A stretch of DNA of 60,721 nt, from assembly GCA_027858745.1 (NCBI GenBank), contig JAQICB010000104.1:1-60721 (forward strand). Direction: 5' to 3'. Each line of letters begins with the position of its first letter. Position 1 is the stretch's first letter. Positions 7,901 to 17,864 of the stretch are shown here, in pieces. A model generated the notes under the pieces. The model did not search any database. It saw nothing but the letters and a program-made list of their open reading frames with translations, and was not told the DNA's origin. This DNA is from Bacteroidales bacterium. GTDB taxonomy: Bacteria; Bacteroidota; Bacteroidia; Bacteroidales; UBA1715. A program made the position numbers and the translations under genes.

Positions 7901-10192
7901 AGCATATTCATGTTCTCCTTCATTTGTTTCTTTGTGTTTAAAAATGAGACCATCTTCCGAAAGAGGAAAGGGAAGTGGTGATACTTCAAAATTATCGTCT
8001 GTATCTTTATACACTCTATCTGGAGTTATTACTTCTTTTCTCCAATAGTCTTCTCCTTTCGTTTTATACTCTAAGCCGACAAATACACCCTCACTTTCTC
8101 CTTGATAACAGAATTCTTCACTGCTTTCAAAGAAATCTCCTGTGGGTAATTGTTTCTCAATAGATTCAATATGAACATTTACGTAACGAGCTTTACCATC
8201 AAATGTATACCCGTTTTTATCTGTTAGGGCAAGAGCATCAGTAGTACCTTCATCTTTTATTATACCATATTCTAAATCTTTTAGAATAGGTGCTTGAGGT
8301 ATTTTTTCATTTAATATGTTAATTGGAGCACAAGAAAAAATGTGGTTAATCCCTGTACCTTCACTAAGTTGGGTATTACTTGTGTATTGAGCAACATAAA
8401 TATACTCGTTTTCAGAGTCATTACTAACTTCATTATCAATATGCCCTAAGCCCAGCATACGAGCAACGTGGTAATCGAAGCTTACGATTTTAAGCATATC
8501 GAAATATGATATTTTTATTTTTCCACTTCCCGTACTATTACCCGTACTACCATGAGGGTCAGGATAAGACTCTACTTCTGCTTTTGGATTTGTTCCATTG
8601 TCAGAAAGACTTATATACTGTTCAATAGCATATTTTAACCCATTGTTGATTTGATCATCCGGCCCGTCTAATGGATTCCAACGGCTTTTGTAATTATCAA
8701 TATTAACTTTTGCTCCTTTATATTTTTGCCATTTATTATGAATACTTCCTGTTTCTTTTTCTAGTCTTTGGTTAAATACCTCGTTTTGGTCGGTACTTAA
8801 CCCAAAGTTGCCAAGTTCATTCCATGTATTTTCGGTATTAATGTTGGCAATATAATTATCATATGTTTCCAATTCTAATTTTGCTGGAACTGCATCATTT
8901 ACTGTAAAACGGATGGTTTTAATATTTTCCCCTATAACTCTTCCATAATCTTGAATGTTAGCCGTAGCAAATATTAAATTATCAAGTCCAAATGCATTAC
9001 CATCTATATTTGTAGTTGTACAGAATATTTCGAGATTAATTTCAGTATTATTATCAGACTGCCACAATATTTCCATAAACTTCCATGTGTCAGTAACTTC
9101 AGGAGCTCTAAAAAATTGAGACGTAGTTTCTCCACTTTGAACTCCAGTTATTCTAATTTCTATTTCTGGAGTTATGGTTGGGTCTATAGTTTTGAGGTTG
9201 CTCAAGAACCCAGAAAAGGAATATGTTGTATTTGTGTCAACGCTTACAGCTATTTGTTTATATACAGCAAGAGCGTTATCCGTTGCCCCATTTATTGCCA
9301 TAAATGAAGTTCCTATTTTTGATACTCCAATCCATTCTGGCACTATAGTTTGTGCGTCAGAAATTATATCAAATTCTCCATTATTTGAGTCGAATGGAGA
9401 TGTATAGTCAGAGGTAAAACCAGAATTACCTTCTTCAAAATCACCATTAGTTAATAGATTATTTATGAGTATAGATTCTTCTAAATAGATTTTGTATAAG
9501 TTCTCTTGAAGTATTAAATCATTATTTTCTTGAGCAAGAAACATTGGAGATAATGTAGGAATACCAATTATTTTTTTGTCATAAACTTTTCGGCAGCTCA
9601 CAAAATCTTGAACTGGAGACGTAGAATCATTACTTGATGTAATTGACTCAATTTTTAGTTCAGGATTAGTTGCAAAATTAGTGAGATGAACATTTGCAGC
9701 AAATGATAGTTTATCTTTTACACTTACCTCTATTAAGCTACCTTCATATTCATGTAAGAAATTGAGCGTATCAGTTTGAGGGTCTATGGTAATTGAATCA
9801 TATTTAGCCACATCTACAAAACGAATATACACAGTGTCGTTTGTGTTTAGTTTATCTGATTTGTATATCCATAGTCTGTCTTCTATTTGTCGAACATGAA
9901 TACTGCCAATGGTAATAGCCTTTGCTGAATCTACAATTTGTGAAGGAGGAACTGTTAAGTCAACTTCCACAGGGTATTTTTTTATGTATTTTGAGCGGAA
10001 TAATTTTACATTATCTCCAGTAGGATTATTAGCTAAATTACCTTTGGGTATATGTGATTTACCTAACTCATTCATTAAGTCCCAACGTAAATGTACGCCT
10101 GGGAGAGAACCATCAGTCCCTGTTGAACCAGCCGATTGTAAGTAAAGATATCTTGATTGATATAGTGTATTTGAATCTATAAGTATTTGCAT
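4991..10192 (-). CDS. 1733-aa hypothetical protein with FN3/Ig-like modules and an internal CBM-like domain
   Basis: Long ORF with no signal peptide; FN3-like starts (PQAPIL, LLPPYNLQA, APNAPKI, NPEAPEL..LTW..YYVYK); NLLTNGDFEEGN...FGLDNLIF CBM4/9-like insert. Confidence 0.75.
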   Translation of the reverse strand: MQILIDSNTLYQSRYLYLQSAGSTGTDGSLPGVHLRWDLMNELGKSHIPKGNLANNPTGDNVKLFRSKYIKKYPVEVDLTVPPSQIVDSAKAITIGSIHVRQIEDRLWIYKSDKLNTNDTVYIRFVDVAKYDSITIDPQTDTLNFLHEYEGSLIEVSVKDKLSFAANVHLTNFATNPELKIESITSSNDSTSPVQDFVSCRKVYDKKIIGIPTLSPMFLAQENNDLILQENLYKIYLEESILINNLLTNGDFEEGNSGFTSDYTSPFDSNNGEFDIISDAQTIVPEWIGVSKIGTSFMAINGATDNALAVYKQIAVSVDTNTTYSFSGFLSNLKTIDPTITPEIEIRITGVQSGETTSQFFRAPEVTDTWKFMEILWQSDNNTEINLEIFCTTTNIDGNAFGLDNLIFATANIQDYGRVIGENIKTIRFTVNDAVPAKLELETYDNYIANINTENTWNELGNFGLSTDQNEVFNQRLEKETGSIHNKWQKYKGAKVNIDNYKSRWNPLDGPDDQINNGLKYAIEQYISLSDNGTNPKAEVESYPDPHGSTGNSTGSGKIKISYFDMLKIVSFDYHVARMLGLGHIDNEVSNDSENEYIYVAQYTSNTQLSEGTGINHIFSCAPINILNEKIPQAPILKDLEYGIIKDEGTTDALALTDKNGYTFDGKARYVNVHIESIEKQLPTGDFFESSEEFCYQGESEGVFVGLEYKTKGEDYWRKEVITPDRVYKDTDDNFEVSPLPFPLSEDGLIFKHKETNEGEHEYAVYSINWFSRSSIHSNTQITDNTEFVKPNKLLPPYNLQAQVIQPESNLVLTTDTEQTLLSNNPNEDKTLVRVTFDYSHTHDITHDFADKVQLFYRKSEPRYYNGGIKTVSAYNGSSVLSKVVTNKYSSPIINSTELVTSEAIIPSEEYSRFVGGVLTVKNKTFTIVEVLPPEQSGDGSIFIVQNIEERSISDDRDITETGTPNYAGTLRITDPTAYIAEPFTVIENMANVENWQDDSNTPTPLSTEILLTDLDESSPMWDAEVTETTVPQVWDETLEKSVPGVISLDEKVIQKIRGINDSATITQATEEGTSEIIPGAYIVTLNNKIHCAHPQNSDSNPVNWYKGSLRVHTAAYDITQYDDDGTTVLSTENFDADPYGQKKNIEVNQIISSVGEPLSLLVFDSQYEVSPIETGADIEVNYYPGYKAYCYVDTNAGLTNENVFPQTDESTRTTYLSARTVDTNNFDQNQEHYTSKMHRPVALHAYEIIEALPPYKPEGALFATRPDYYNKSTYTFKIKCQHKPYALAFYRSSERMILEALYEPATVIQIREDLAALGEDESFTSRWMNLVDFDTLFADDSIGTFPPTDGYRFPVPDKAKDRYDRNLFDGISEPSADIEKYKKAIYSAFLPLTEQPLIYGYMNSGVDYVPTNKKQVVRDQAGNMLDPSDIAFDQAPMAKIVNTSSKPIIQFTDFTLDGAAKNFYFYYGIEINDLMQFSEQGPISGPIQLVNTSAPNAPKITSIKTQVEDVVQEIPTAVKITVSNYPEIQGITKFQIYRAEQASNSATIRTMNMVKEVDLENENLMDAQTIEIIDNFSFENFVPYGDPLFYKVIGLRKINYATPKGVQVIDYVPSLGSKTVLANIVDTVNPEAPELTFTKDEVNSTETEIIGGKLTWAKVVHNATYYVYKMNDSGNWNLLHSFKKNDDDEISFDITQTLSKVDEDGEPIYHRFKVDVENSSGLFNFNDNTITI

Positions 10193-10198
10193 GGCTTT

Positions 10199-13100
10199 TT
10201 ATTGGTTAAGTGATAATTCATGAATTCTATAATAAACATAGTCTCCGTTTTGATCTTTTTCTCTGGAATATCTTCGTCCATTCCATTCGTAAGTATAGAA
10301 ACCAAAGCCTACTTTTTCTTTTTCGATTTCATACGTATCTTCAGGAGTGACAAAGAATTGAGAGCAGTCTTTAGAAAATAGCGTAATCGCTCTAGGTCCA
10401 CTTGAACGATATGCATAATCTATTTGATACATATTACAGAAGTGCTGTTTGTATAGATCTGGTAATTTTGGGTTAACAAATGGTTCGGGACTTCGTACAA
10501 TGATACCGAGTATCTTCTCCTGATTGGTATCGGTATTTAAGTTTCTCACAACATTGAATTCAACTGTTTCAGCAGGGGCAAGAGGACTTAAATCTAAAAC
10601 TCCCTCAATTAAACAATCAAATGGATGTGTAAATACTGAATCAAGATTTGTGTCTCCTGATTTTTGATTTTCTAAAAGATTAATAATCTTATTTTCAGTT
10701 TCTGTATTTACACTAATGTTAATATTAAATACAGCTTGGCGTGGGTTTTCTCCATTCTTATCTTTTAAGATATATGTTTCCATATGCTCTTGGAAACTCG
10801 AATAGCGAGATGTTTGGAATACATAGCGGTGTACTTGTTTTCGTACAGGAGTATTCGGATTATCTTTATTCGTATTGTAGAAAATAGCTGTATAGAGTGT
10901 GCTTGGACGTAAGAAACTAAGTGTTACTGTCGTTTGTAAAGAAGCTGGTTTTATTGGAAGACCACCATCAGCCCAACACTTCCCTTGCGCACTAATAAAG
11001 TTCGGGTGACCATACTTGTCTGGATTTCTCATTACATCCCAAGCATTAATACCATGTGGAATATTTGGTTCATCATCAGGATTCCAACCAACTACAGTTT
11101 CGGGTATGTTTTCAACTGTTACATTTGGTGGTGGTGGATTTGCTATTTCATAATCTTCAATAGGGTCTTTAACTACAACTTCAAATGTGTCGTTAATTGC
11201 AGGTAAACCACCTAGAGGTTCCCAGTTATTTAACATGTGATATACATATGGCTTTGTGTAAAATAAGTTAAGTTTGGTATCGTGATAATACAAAGGTTTC
11301 GCATTAATTATGTTACCATCGGCAAAAGGGTACGAGCGCTCATAATCAATATAATCTCTAAGTGTAGCAAGTTTATATTTTTGAAGATTGAAGTTGTCTG
11401 TTCCTGGGGCTTCAGGTTTTACATACCAGTTATCTTCGTTACTACCAACAGAAGTATTATAATCTTCGTGGAAGAAACCTACTGGGCCACCTGTTTTAAA
11501 TCCAAAATGGTATTCCCAGTGACCATTATTATTATACTTGTCATTAATAGTATAACCATCTGTTGATATTGTATCTGATACATTTAGTTTAATTCTAAAC
11601 TGAGTGTAAGGTCTCCAAATAGGTGAAAGGTTGTGTTCAATAGCACGTAAACCTTCTTGATATTCTCTTTCAACAGCTTCTTGACTTAGAATGTTTTGAT
11701 TAAAGTCATATGCTTGTTTAGACATCCATTCAATTTCATGAATAATAGTTCTATCTGGAAGTGATGCATCAATTGGTGGAATATTCAATCCTCCAGCAAC
11801 TGTATCTTTAAGGTTCTGAAGGTCCTCAATTGCTTTCCCTTTTTTCTTTTCAATACCTTCTGCTTCTTTTTTCTTCTTTTCTTTTGCATCTAAAAGAGCA
11901 TCAAGATAATCTTTTGCATCATTAGTAACATCGTCTGCATTGTTTTTGTAATTGTTCTTGCAAGTTGCAACACCAGTAGCAATAATTCCAATGCTTTCCA
12001 TATATGCATCGTATGCTTCTTGAACACGTGTAACACTTACTCCTTCAGGAACAATATCAGTTAAATTCTCAATACATATTTCAGTCTGAGTTTTTTCAGA
12101 ACTTGGGCGTATTGTTACTCCACAGTTATCGAAACGATCTTTTGCTGCATTATAAAGAGCATTAATATCTTCTATATCATCATAAATAGAATCAACCTCA
12201 GTAGTAAGGTTATCAATTGTTTGTGTAGCATTAGCAATTTGTTCATTTATTAATGTCTCATCTAGAGTGTCTCCATCATAAGAATATCCATATTCTTCTT
12301 CAAGATTCTGTTTAATAACAGCAATTTGTGCTTCTGTTGCTACTTTATCGTCTGTTTCACCTTCATAGTAAGCACGTATAAGGGCATAGAGTTCATCTAG
12401 TAACTGCTGGAAAGCTTCATGGTCAACAGTTGCAGGTTGTACCGAAACATATCTTATAGGATTTTCTGGGTCATCGTATATGATAGGAGATAAAGCTTCA
12501 TATCTTGTTTTAGTTACTTGTGATATAATTGCCCAATAGGCGCGTCCAGTTTCTTCATCTCGTCTTTTTGCATAATAGCTTATAGTTACATCTTTACTGT
12601 ATGTGAAGAGTTTTATACTTGCATATGCTGTTTCGTTAAGAAACTTGCACCAAAATTCACCTTTGCTAGTAAAAGCTAATGATTTGTCAATATTATAATT
12701 ATTAGGTTTTTCAATAATTTTACCACCAATTTTCTTAAGTCTCCAACGAATTTTTTCATGTCTGTTATGTAAACTTTCTAAAGAACCACTACTTGCATAT
12801 GCATCTGTTTCATATTTAGTAAAATTTGCATATTCGTTTTCTGGACGTATATCTGCACAGAAAATGCTTTTAGGAGTTACACCATATACTTCAGGTGTAG
12901 CCCAAGCTCGCATACCATTATCCATGTATGAAAAAGGAGATTGAGAAAGTAAACGTAAACGGTTATATTCAGCTGCGCCTTGTAATTGCCAGTGTCCTAA
13001 TTGTTGAAGATTGGCACTATTAAAATTTATAGCATCTTGTGTATTGGTTTGTAGAGGTGTAGAAACAGCTTCGTATGGATTATATGCTCTCCAGATACTT

Positions 13101-16100
13101 GAAGCGGTATCCCAATATTCTACAGAAATACCATCGATATTATATGAGTGTTTTGCTCCCACGTTTACACTTTCTGGAGGAACAGGTTCCTCATATGCTT
13201 GGAAGGTATTTCTGTTATCGCCAACACTTGCAACAGAGCCAATTCTGCTTGATACATTTGTCGGGTTAACAAATTTTCTAAACTCAATATCTATATAACT
13301 ATCGCAAGGAATGAGTTTACTAATAGTACTTCCACTAGCATTTGCTTGAATAAATTCAACATCGAATGCTTCTCCAGAAAGCATATTAATTGCTTTTACT
13401 GGGAATTCTCCAGATGGAGTATATCCAACCGGAGATACATAACTGATTACTTTACTCTTAGATTTTTCCCATTTAAACTCAACAGTAAAGTCTTTACTAA
13501 TTTTCTTGCCAAGTATTTTAAAGCCTACCGACAAATCAACATTACCCTCAATAAGTAGTGGTTTTGGTGCTTCTGCTCCAAGGTAAGTATCAAAGTATAA
13601 GTAGAAACCAAATCCACATACCGACACATCTGCATGACCACCAGTGGCAATGTATGCTCCAATTTGAAACTGTTCAAAACTAATAAAGCCCCCTGTTTCA
13701 AGATATGCGCCAACACTAGCATGTAATGAACCACCTAAATAACTGCGTTCAAATCCAAGTTCTGCTTTAGCTCCGAGTTCCATTCCAGAAGCTGAAAGCA
13801 TTAAGAATGATTCAGCTGTAATGAAATCTAATATTCTTGCGGTATTAGGTTCTTCACGAGTACCAATATTTATATACCAAGCTTTTGGGTTGTGGAAGAA
13901 AAATGCGGCTTGCATAGAAGCATATGCATCAAGCACTTTCCCTGTATCTTTAGGAACTTTAAAGCTTAGACCAAATCCTGTTTCAATTTCTTTTTTAGAA
14001 ACAGCAAGGTATGCAAAGAATGGCGGGTCTTCACTAGAAAGCCCTACACGCTCACTTAAAATTGCAGCTTGTCCTTGAAGGAAAAACACATCAGGAAGTG
14101 ACAGCATTAAGAATATTTTACTTGAAAATGCTTTACCTGAATCTGCAGCTGTAGCTAATGAAACACCAGCACCAGCAGAGAACCCGCTTAATTCTCCATC
14201 TGGACTAAACGGAGGTTTAAATTTTTGCACATGTACACCTTCTTCTGGAGCAGCTTTATAATAGTCGTACCATTCGTCTTCACTTGTTAACCCAACGGCA
14301 TCTCTTGATGCAACAAAGTGGTGTCCGAATAATCCTCTAAATCCATAAATACCCATTCCAGTTGGACCAAGTGGGATGGGAGAAGGTAGTTCTAAGCTTA
14401 AGTCTATAATAAAGGCAGGTAAATCTGGAGCAAATTTCATGTCTGCATTTGCAGCTATTTTAGCTTTTGGAAGCATTATGCCAAGTCCACCTGCATATGT
14501 TTGTACATCTATAGTTTCACCATCTCCAACATTAAAAGTTTCGCGCGAAATAGCCAACCAACCACTAATAATTATTGCTGCATCTTCGGGGCTTGCTTTG
14601 CCTGGAATTATAAGGTCGAGACTTATACTATCCATAGTTATATAACTATCGAATGGACCGCCATCTACCGTATAGCAGAATTTTATACCTGTACCGCGTG
14701 CATCTACACCACCTGGATCAACGCTTACGCCACCATCAAACCCCCAGTAGTTGTATTTGCGCATTTCGGTACCAACTTGTTTTTGTATTGAACCAAAGTG
14801 AATAGCGGTAATAAATATTTCTGCTGGGCCAAATTTTATTTTAATTCCATCTCCGAGAGGAATAGTTCCACCCTTGAGTTCTATTTTGCCATCTTGCCAA
14901 ATGCGTAGGTCTTGAATTTCGAAATTGCCACCAATAATACTTGCTACAGAAGGGTGGGTAAATGTTAAAGTACCAGACGTTTCTAAGTAATACTTATCGT
15001 CTTGTTTACCAATGGTAAGTTCTTTAAGACTGTAGTTGAAAATATCCTCGAAGCCCATAGGTACGCCAGGGTCGTTAAATGCCGAAACTTCAAAATCACC
15101 TTCAGCATCAAAGCTTGCATCTACATCGAGAACTACTGCAACTTTTTCGCCACCTTCATCTTTCTTAAATCCAGGAACAGTAAGTGTAGCACTTACATTT
15201 GTTTCGGTAAGCGCATTGCGGTCGAAGGTTAAGTCAAAAGAATTTAATCCTATAGAAACTTTTCCGAAATTAAGTGTTATAAGTGCAGGTAGGGGGTCGA
15301 TAGTAGAAACTTTTCTCATACCAACAGTTCCAGAGAAACCTCCGTTACCAATAAGTAAATTAGTACCTATAATTTGTGCATTGGCATTTGGGTCTTTACC
15401 CCAATCTTTAGGTAAGCCAATAATTGCTTCTTCTATATATACACCTTTAAAGTCATTACCATAACCAGCATCTGTTGCTTCTTGTATATTTTTATCGTCA
15501 CGTAAGTCTATTTTTGCATTTTCAAAGCCAAGAGTTAAACCAGTGTTTAGAATTTCGGAAGTTGTAAATGATATTTTAGGATCTTGGTCTAAGAAACTAA
15601 TACCTGTTTCGCTTGAAAATTCTAATGCACCTACATTAAAGCGTAATTGCGATTTTGATTCGTATTTCTCATGGTCTTTGGTATATGGAGCCCCTGTATC
15701 AATGTTTATTGGTTTAAGGTATTTTTCTGGAAATTCGAGTGCTAAATTTAATGGACCTAAAGAAGCAATTATTTGAGGCGTTAATAATTGTTTGAAAAAC
15801 TGATCAATTTTGACATTACCGATCTTAGTCTCAAATAGACTAAAAACATCTTCAATGGAACTAATGAATATACTAAGGACAATACTACTTACACTATGAT
15901 AAGGTGTAATTTGATCTATAATATCATTTAATGTTACAAATGAAGTGATTTCTGGGGCTAGTTCCCTAATTAATGGATCATTATATTTATCAACAAAGCT
16001 TTGATATGCATTTTGACTATCTTCAAATAATAAAATAGCAGTTTCTAATAAATTTTCTTCCCTAATAGATGTTATTTTTAGAAGTGTCGGAAAATAATTT

Positions 16101-16447
16101 TCAATACTCCCAGCCCAATTTGAAATGTCAAAGCCTTTTACATACTTTAGGATTGGAATTTTGTAACTTAAACTTGCTCCTATCTCAAATTTATTTCCTT
16201 CTTCCCCTGGGTTAATAAGTAAATCAACACCATCGAATATCTTAATTCTAGCTTCTTTGTATGATATAAGTGTCAGTTTATAGAATCTAGAGTCTCCTTC
16301 TAAGGAAGTCTCAATAAATAAGTCTTTATAAAAAAACTTTTCAATTATCGATTCTAATTTATTCCTAATAGGGTTTAGTAATTTTGGTAATTTGTCTACT
16401 TCTACCAAAGTAGAAAGGTTTGGGTAAAATATGGGATTTTTTGCCAT
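10199..16447 (-). CDS. 2082-aa hypothetical protein: Gly/aromatic beta-rich N-half (DUF6603-like) with an internal coiled coil
   Basis: Long ORF with no signal peptide; IPLGPTGMGIYGFRGLFG and WYINIGT..PN.A motifs recall DUF6603-type proteins; heptad-rich helical segment at about 11800-12420. Confidence 0.7.
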   Translation of the reverse strand: MAKNPIFYPNLSTLVEVDKLPKLLNPIRNKLESIIEKFFYKDLFIETSLEGDSRFYKLTLISYKEARIKIFDGVDLLINPGEEGNKFEIGASLSYKIPILKYVKGFDISNWAGSIENYFPTLLKITSIREENLLETAILLFEDSQNAYQSFVDKYNDPLIRELAPEITSFVTLNDIIDQITPYHSVSSIVLSIFISSIEDVFSLFETKIGNVKIDQFFKQLLTPQIIASLGPLNLALEFPEKYLKPINIDTGAPYTKDHEKYESKSQLRFNVGALEFSSETGISFLDQDPKISFTTSEILNTGLTLGFENAKIDLRDDKNIQEATDAGYGNDFKGVYIEEAIIGLPKDWGKDPNANAQIIGTNLLIGNGGFSGTVGMRKVSTIDPLPALITLNFGKVSIGLNSFDLTFDRNALTETNVSATLTVPGFKKDEGGEKVAVVLDVDASFDAEGDFEVSAFNDPGVPMGFEDIFNYSLKELTIGKQDDKYYLETSGTLTFTHPSVASIIGGNFEIQDLRIWQDGKIELKGGTIPLGDGIKIKFGPAEIFITAIHFGSIQKQVGTEMRKYNYWGFDGGVSVDPGGVDARGTGIKFCYTVDGGPFDSYITMDSISLDLIIPGKASPEDAAIIISGWLAISRETFNVGDGETIDVQTYAGGLGIMLPKAKIAANADMKFAPDLPAFIIDLSLELPSPIPLGPTGMGIYGFRGLFGHHFVASRDAVGLTSEDEWYDYYKAAPEEGVHVQKFKPPFSPDGELSGFSAGAGVSLATAADSGKAFSSKIFLMLSLPDVFFLQGQAAILSERVGLSSEDPPFFAYLAVSKKEIETGFGLSFKVPKDTGKVLDAYASMQAAFFFHNPKAWYINIGTREEPNTARILDFITAESFLMLSASGMELGAKAELGFERSYLGGSLHASVGAYLETGGFISFEQFQIGAYIATGGHADVSVCGFGFYLYFDTYLGAEAPKPLLIEGNVDLSVGFKILGKKISKDFTVEFKWEKSKSKVISYVSPVGYTPSGEFPVKAINMLSGEAFDVEFIQANASGSTISKLIPCDSYIDIEFRKFVNPTNVSSRIGSVASVGDNRNTFQAYEEPVPPESVNVGAKHSYNIDGISVEYWDTASSIWRAYNPYEAVSTPLQTNTQDAINFNSANLQQLGHWQLQGAAEYNRLRLLSQSPFSYMDNGMRAWATPEVYGVTPKSIFCADIRPENEYANFTKYETDAYASSGSLESLHNRHEKIRWRLKKIGGKIIEKPNNYNIDKSLAFTSKGEFWCKFLNETAYASIKLFTYSKDVTISYYAKRRDEETGRAYWAIISQVTKTRYEALSPIIYDDPENPIRYVSVQPATVDHEAFQQLLDELYALIRAYYEGETDDKVATEAQIAVIKQNLEEEYGYSYDGDTLDETLINEQIANATQTIDNLTTEVDSIYDDIEDINALYNAAKDRFDNCGVTIRPSSEKTQTEICIENLTDIVPEGVSVTRVQEAYDAYMESIGIIATGVATCKNNYKNNADDVTNDAKDYLDALLDAKEKKKKEAEGIEKKKGKAIEDLQNLKDTVAGGLNIPPIDASLPDRTIIHEIEWMSKQAYDFNQNILSQEAVEREYQEGLRAIEHNLSPIWRPYTQFRIKLNVSDTISTDGYTINDKYNNNGHWEYHFGFKTGGPVGFFHEDYNTSVGSNEDNWYVKPEAPGTDNFNLQKYKLATLRDYIDYERSYPFADGNIINAKPLYYHDTKLNLFYTKPYVYHMLNNWEPLGGLPAINDTFEVVVKDPIEDYEIANPPPPNVTVENIPETVVGWNPDDEPNIPHGINAWDVMRNPDKYGHPNFISAQGKCWADGGLPIKPASLQTTVTLSFLRPSTLYTAIFYNTNKDNPNTPVRKQVHRYVFQTSRYSSFQEHMETYILKDKNGENPRQAVFNINISVNTETENKIINLLENQKSGDTNLDSVFTHPFDCLIEGVLDLSPLAPAETVEFNVVRNLNTDTNQEKILGIIVRSPEPFVNPKLPDLYKQHFCNMYQIDYAYRSSGPRAITLFSKDCSQFFVTPEDTYEIEKEKVGFGFYTYEWNGRRYSREKDQNGDYVYYRIHELSLNQ

Positions 16448-16469
16448 AATATTTTTTTCTTATTAAGTG

Positions 16470-17864
16470 CTATTTTAAATAATTTTCTTCCCAATATTCC
16501 CAATTCATAAATGAAGGATATATATCTTCGTCAAAGGAAAAAATATACCCTAAAGACGTAGGGTTATTGTGTATTATCTTACTACTTCCAATTAAACAAT
16601 CTTGTGTTTTTCCAGGAGAATCACTATCAGAAATTACTATTGAGAATCCTAACTTACTTTTATTCTCTATTTTGAAATTCTTTTCACCAATTAACTCTGC
16701 AATGTCCCTCATATTTATAGATGCATTTACATCATAACCTTTGGGACCAGAGCTTGTATTTATCCTTGTGCTCTGTAAGGGAATCTCTTTATCTTTATTA
16801 ATCATAAGAGGTAAAAGGTCTTTATTATTTGACAATGGTATAATAATTTGGACTAACGATGAATCGCCATAATTTCTAAGAGTTTTGTATGATTGCCCAT
16901 CTTCTCTTTTCAGGGTTTGTAGTATAGAATTAAAGTCAATCCATAATTCTAAATGATCACCATTAATTATAGGTTCTGTACCATTATTGAAAAATACCAA
17001 ATCATCGGTTACTGATACATTTAGAATTAAGTTTTGTTCAGACCAAGAGACGTTAGCGCTAAAACTTATATCTGTACTGTCTTTCCAATTCTCAGGCTTA
17101 TAGAAAATATGTTTTTTCTGATTAATCAAGTTTTGATAATCATCAAGGTTGCTTTTTTCTGTTCTAGGCGCAAAAAATATCACACCTTTTCTTACGTACT
17201 TTTCTTCTGGTCTCCCAGAATCATTAGTAAATTCATTATTGGGGTTATTAGGATCTCTAAAGCAATATTTTTCAATAAATTCCGATTTTTCGAAATCAAT
17301 AAGTAATAAATATTCTTCCGCCAAAGTCATATTAAAACGGCTTATTTTATACCAATTAAGTTGAAAATTGTTACCGTTATACTTAAATTTTAACTTTCGA
17401 TTAAACCCTTTATACCTACCATATGACTCATTTGTTTCAACTTCTCCATTTTGAAACTTAATAGTACGAATATTATTATGTAATGAATTTTCTGGTGTTT
17501 TAGATGTTCTATACTTTAATATTTCTCTATAATCTGAACTGTTCTTATCATATACAACAACAAACTGTTCTAAATTAGAAGCTAAAATAACATCATTAGG
17601 TTTATTTTTTATTTCAATCCAATAATTGACAATAATGTCTTCTTTACCGTCAAATGTTAGGTCTATCTTCTTTATAAGTTCATGTTTCAAATGTATACTT
17701 GAAGCATAGTTACTTCCCAGTTGACTCTGAAAATATTCAAATATTATATGTTCAGTAGAATCATTATATGTTTCTTGCATTCCAATGTTATGTCCATTGG
17801 AGTACAGTTGTGTTAATACCACAATTAATACTAAAAATATTTTTTTATTTTTTAATAAAATCAT
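16470..17864 (-). CDS. Exported protein with C-terminal CBM9/DOMON-like domain; candidate immunity protein
   Basis: Signal peptide (KNKKIFLVLIVVL); VSWSEQNLILNVSVTDD..GDHLELWID..GFSIVISDSD CBM9-like pattern; start overlaps the upstream stop (ATGA, 17861-17864). Confidence 0.6.
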   Translation of the reverse strand: MILLKNKKIFLVLIVVLTQLYSNGHNIGMQETYNDSTEHIIFEYFQSQLGSNYASSIHLKHELIKKIDLTFDGKEDIIVNYWIEIKNKPNDVILASNLEQFVVVYDKNSSDYREILKYRTSKTPENSLHNNIRTIKFQNGEVETNESYGRYKGFNRKLKFKYNGNNFQLNWYKISRFNMTLAEEYLLLIDFEKSEFIEKYCFRDPNNPNNEFTNDSGRPEEKYVRKGVIFFAPRTEKSNLDDYQNLINQKKHIFYKPENWKDSTDISFSANVSWSEQNLILNVSVTDDLVFFNNGTEPIINGDHLELWIDFNSILQTLKREDGQSYKTLRNYGDSSLVQIIIPLSNNKDLLPLMINKDKEIPLQSTRINTSSGPKGYDVNASINMRDIAELIGEKNFKIENKSKLGFSIVISDSDSPGKTQDCLIGSSKIIHNNPTSLGYIFSFDEDIYPSFMNWEYWEENYLK

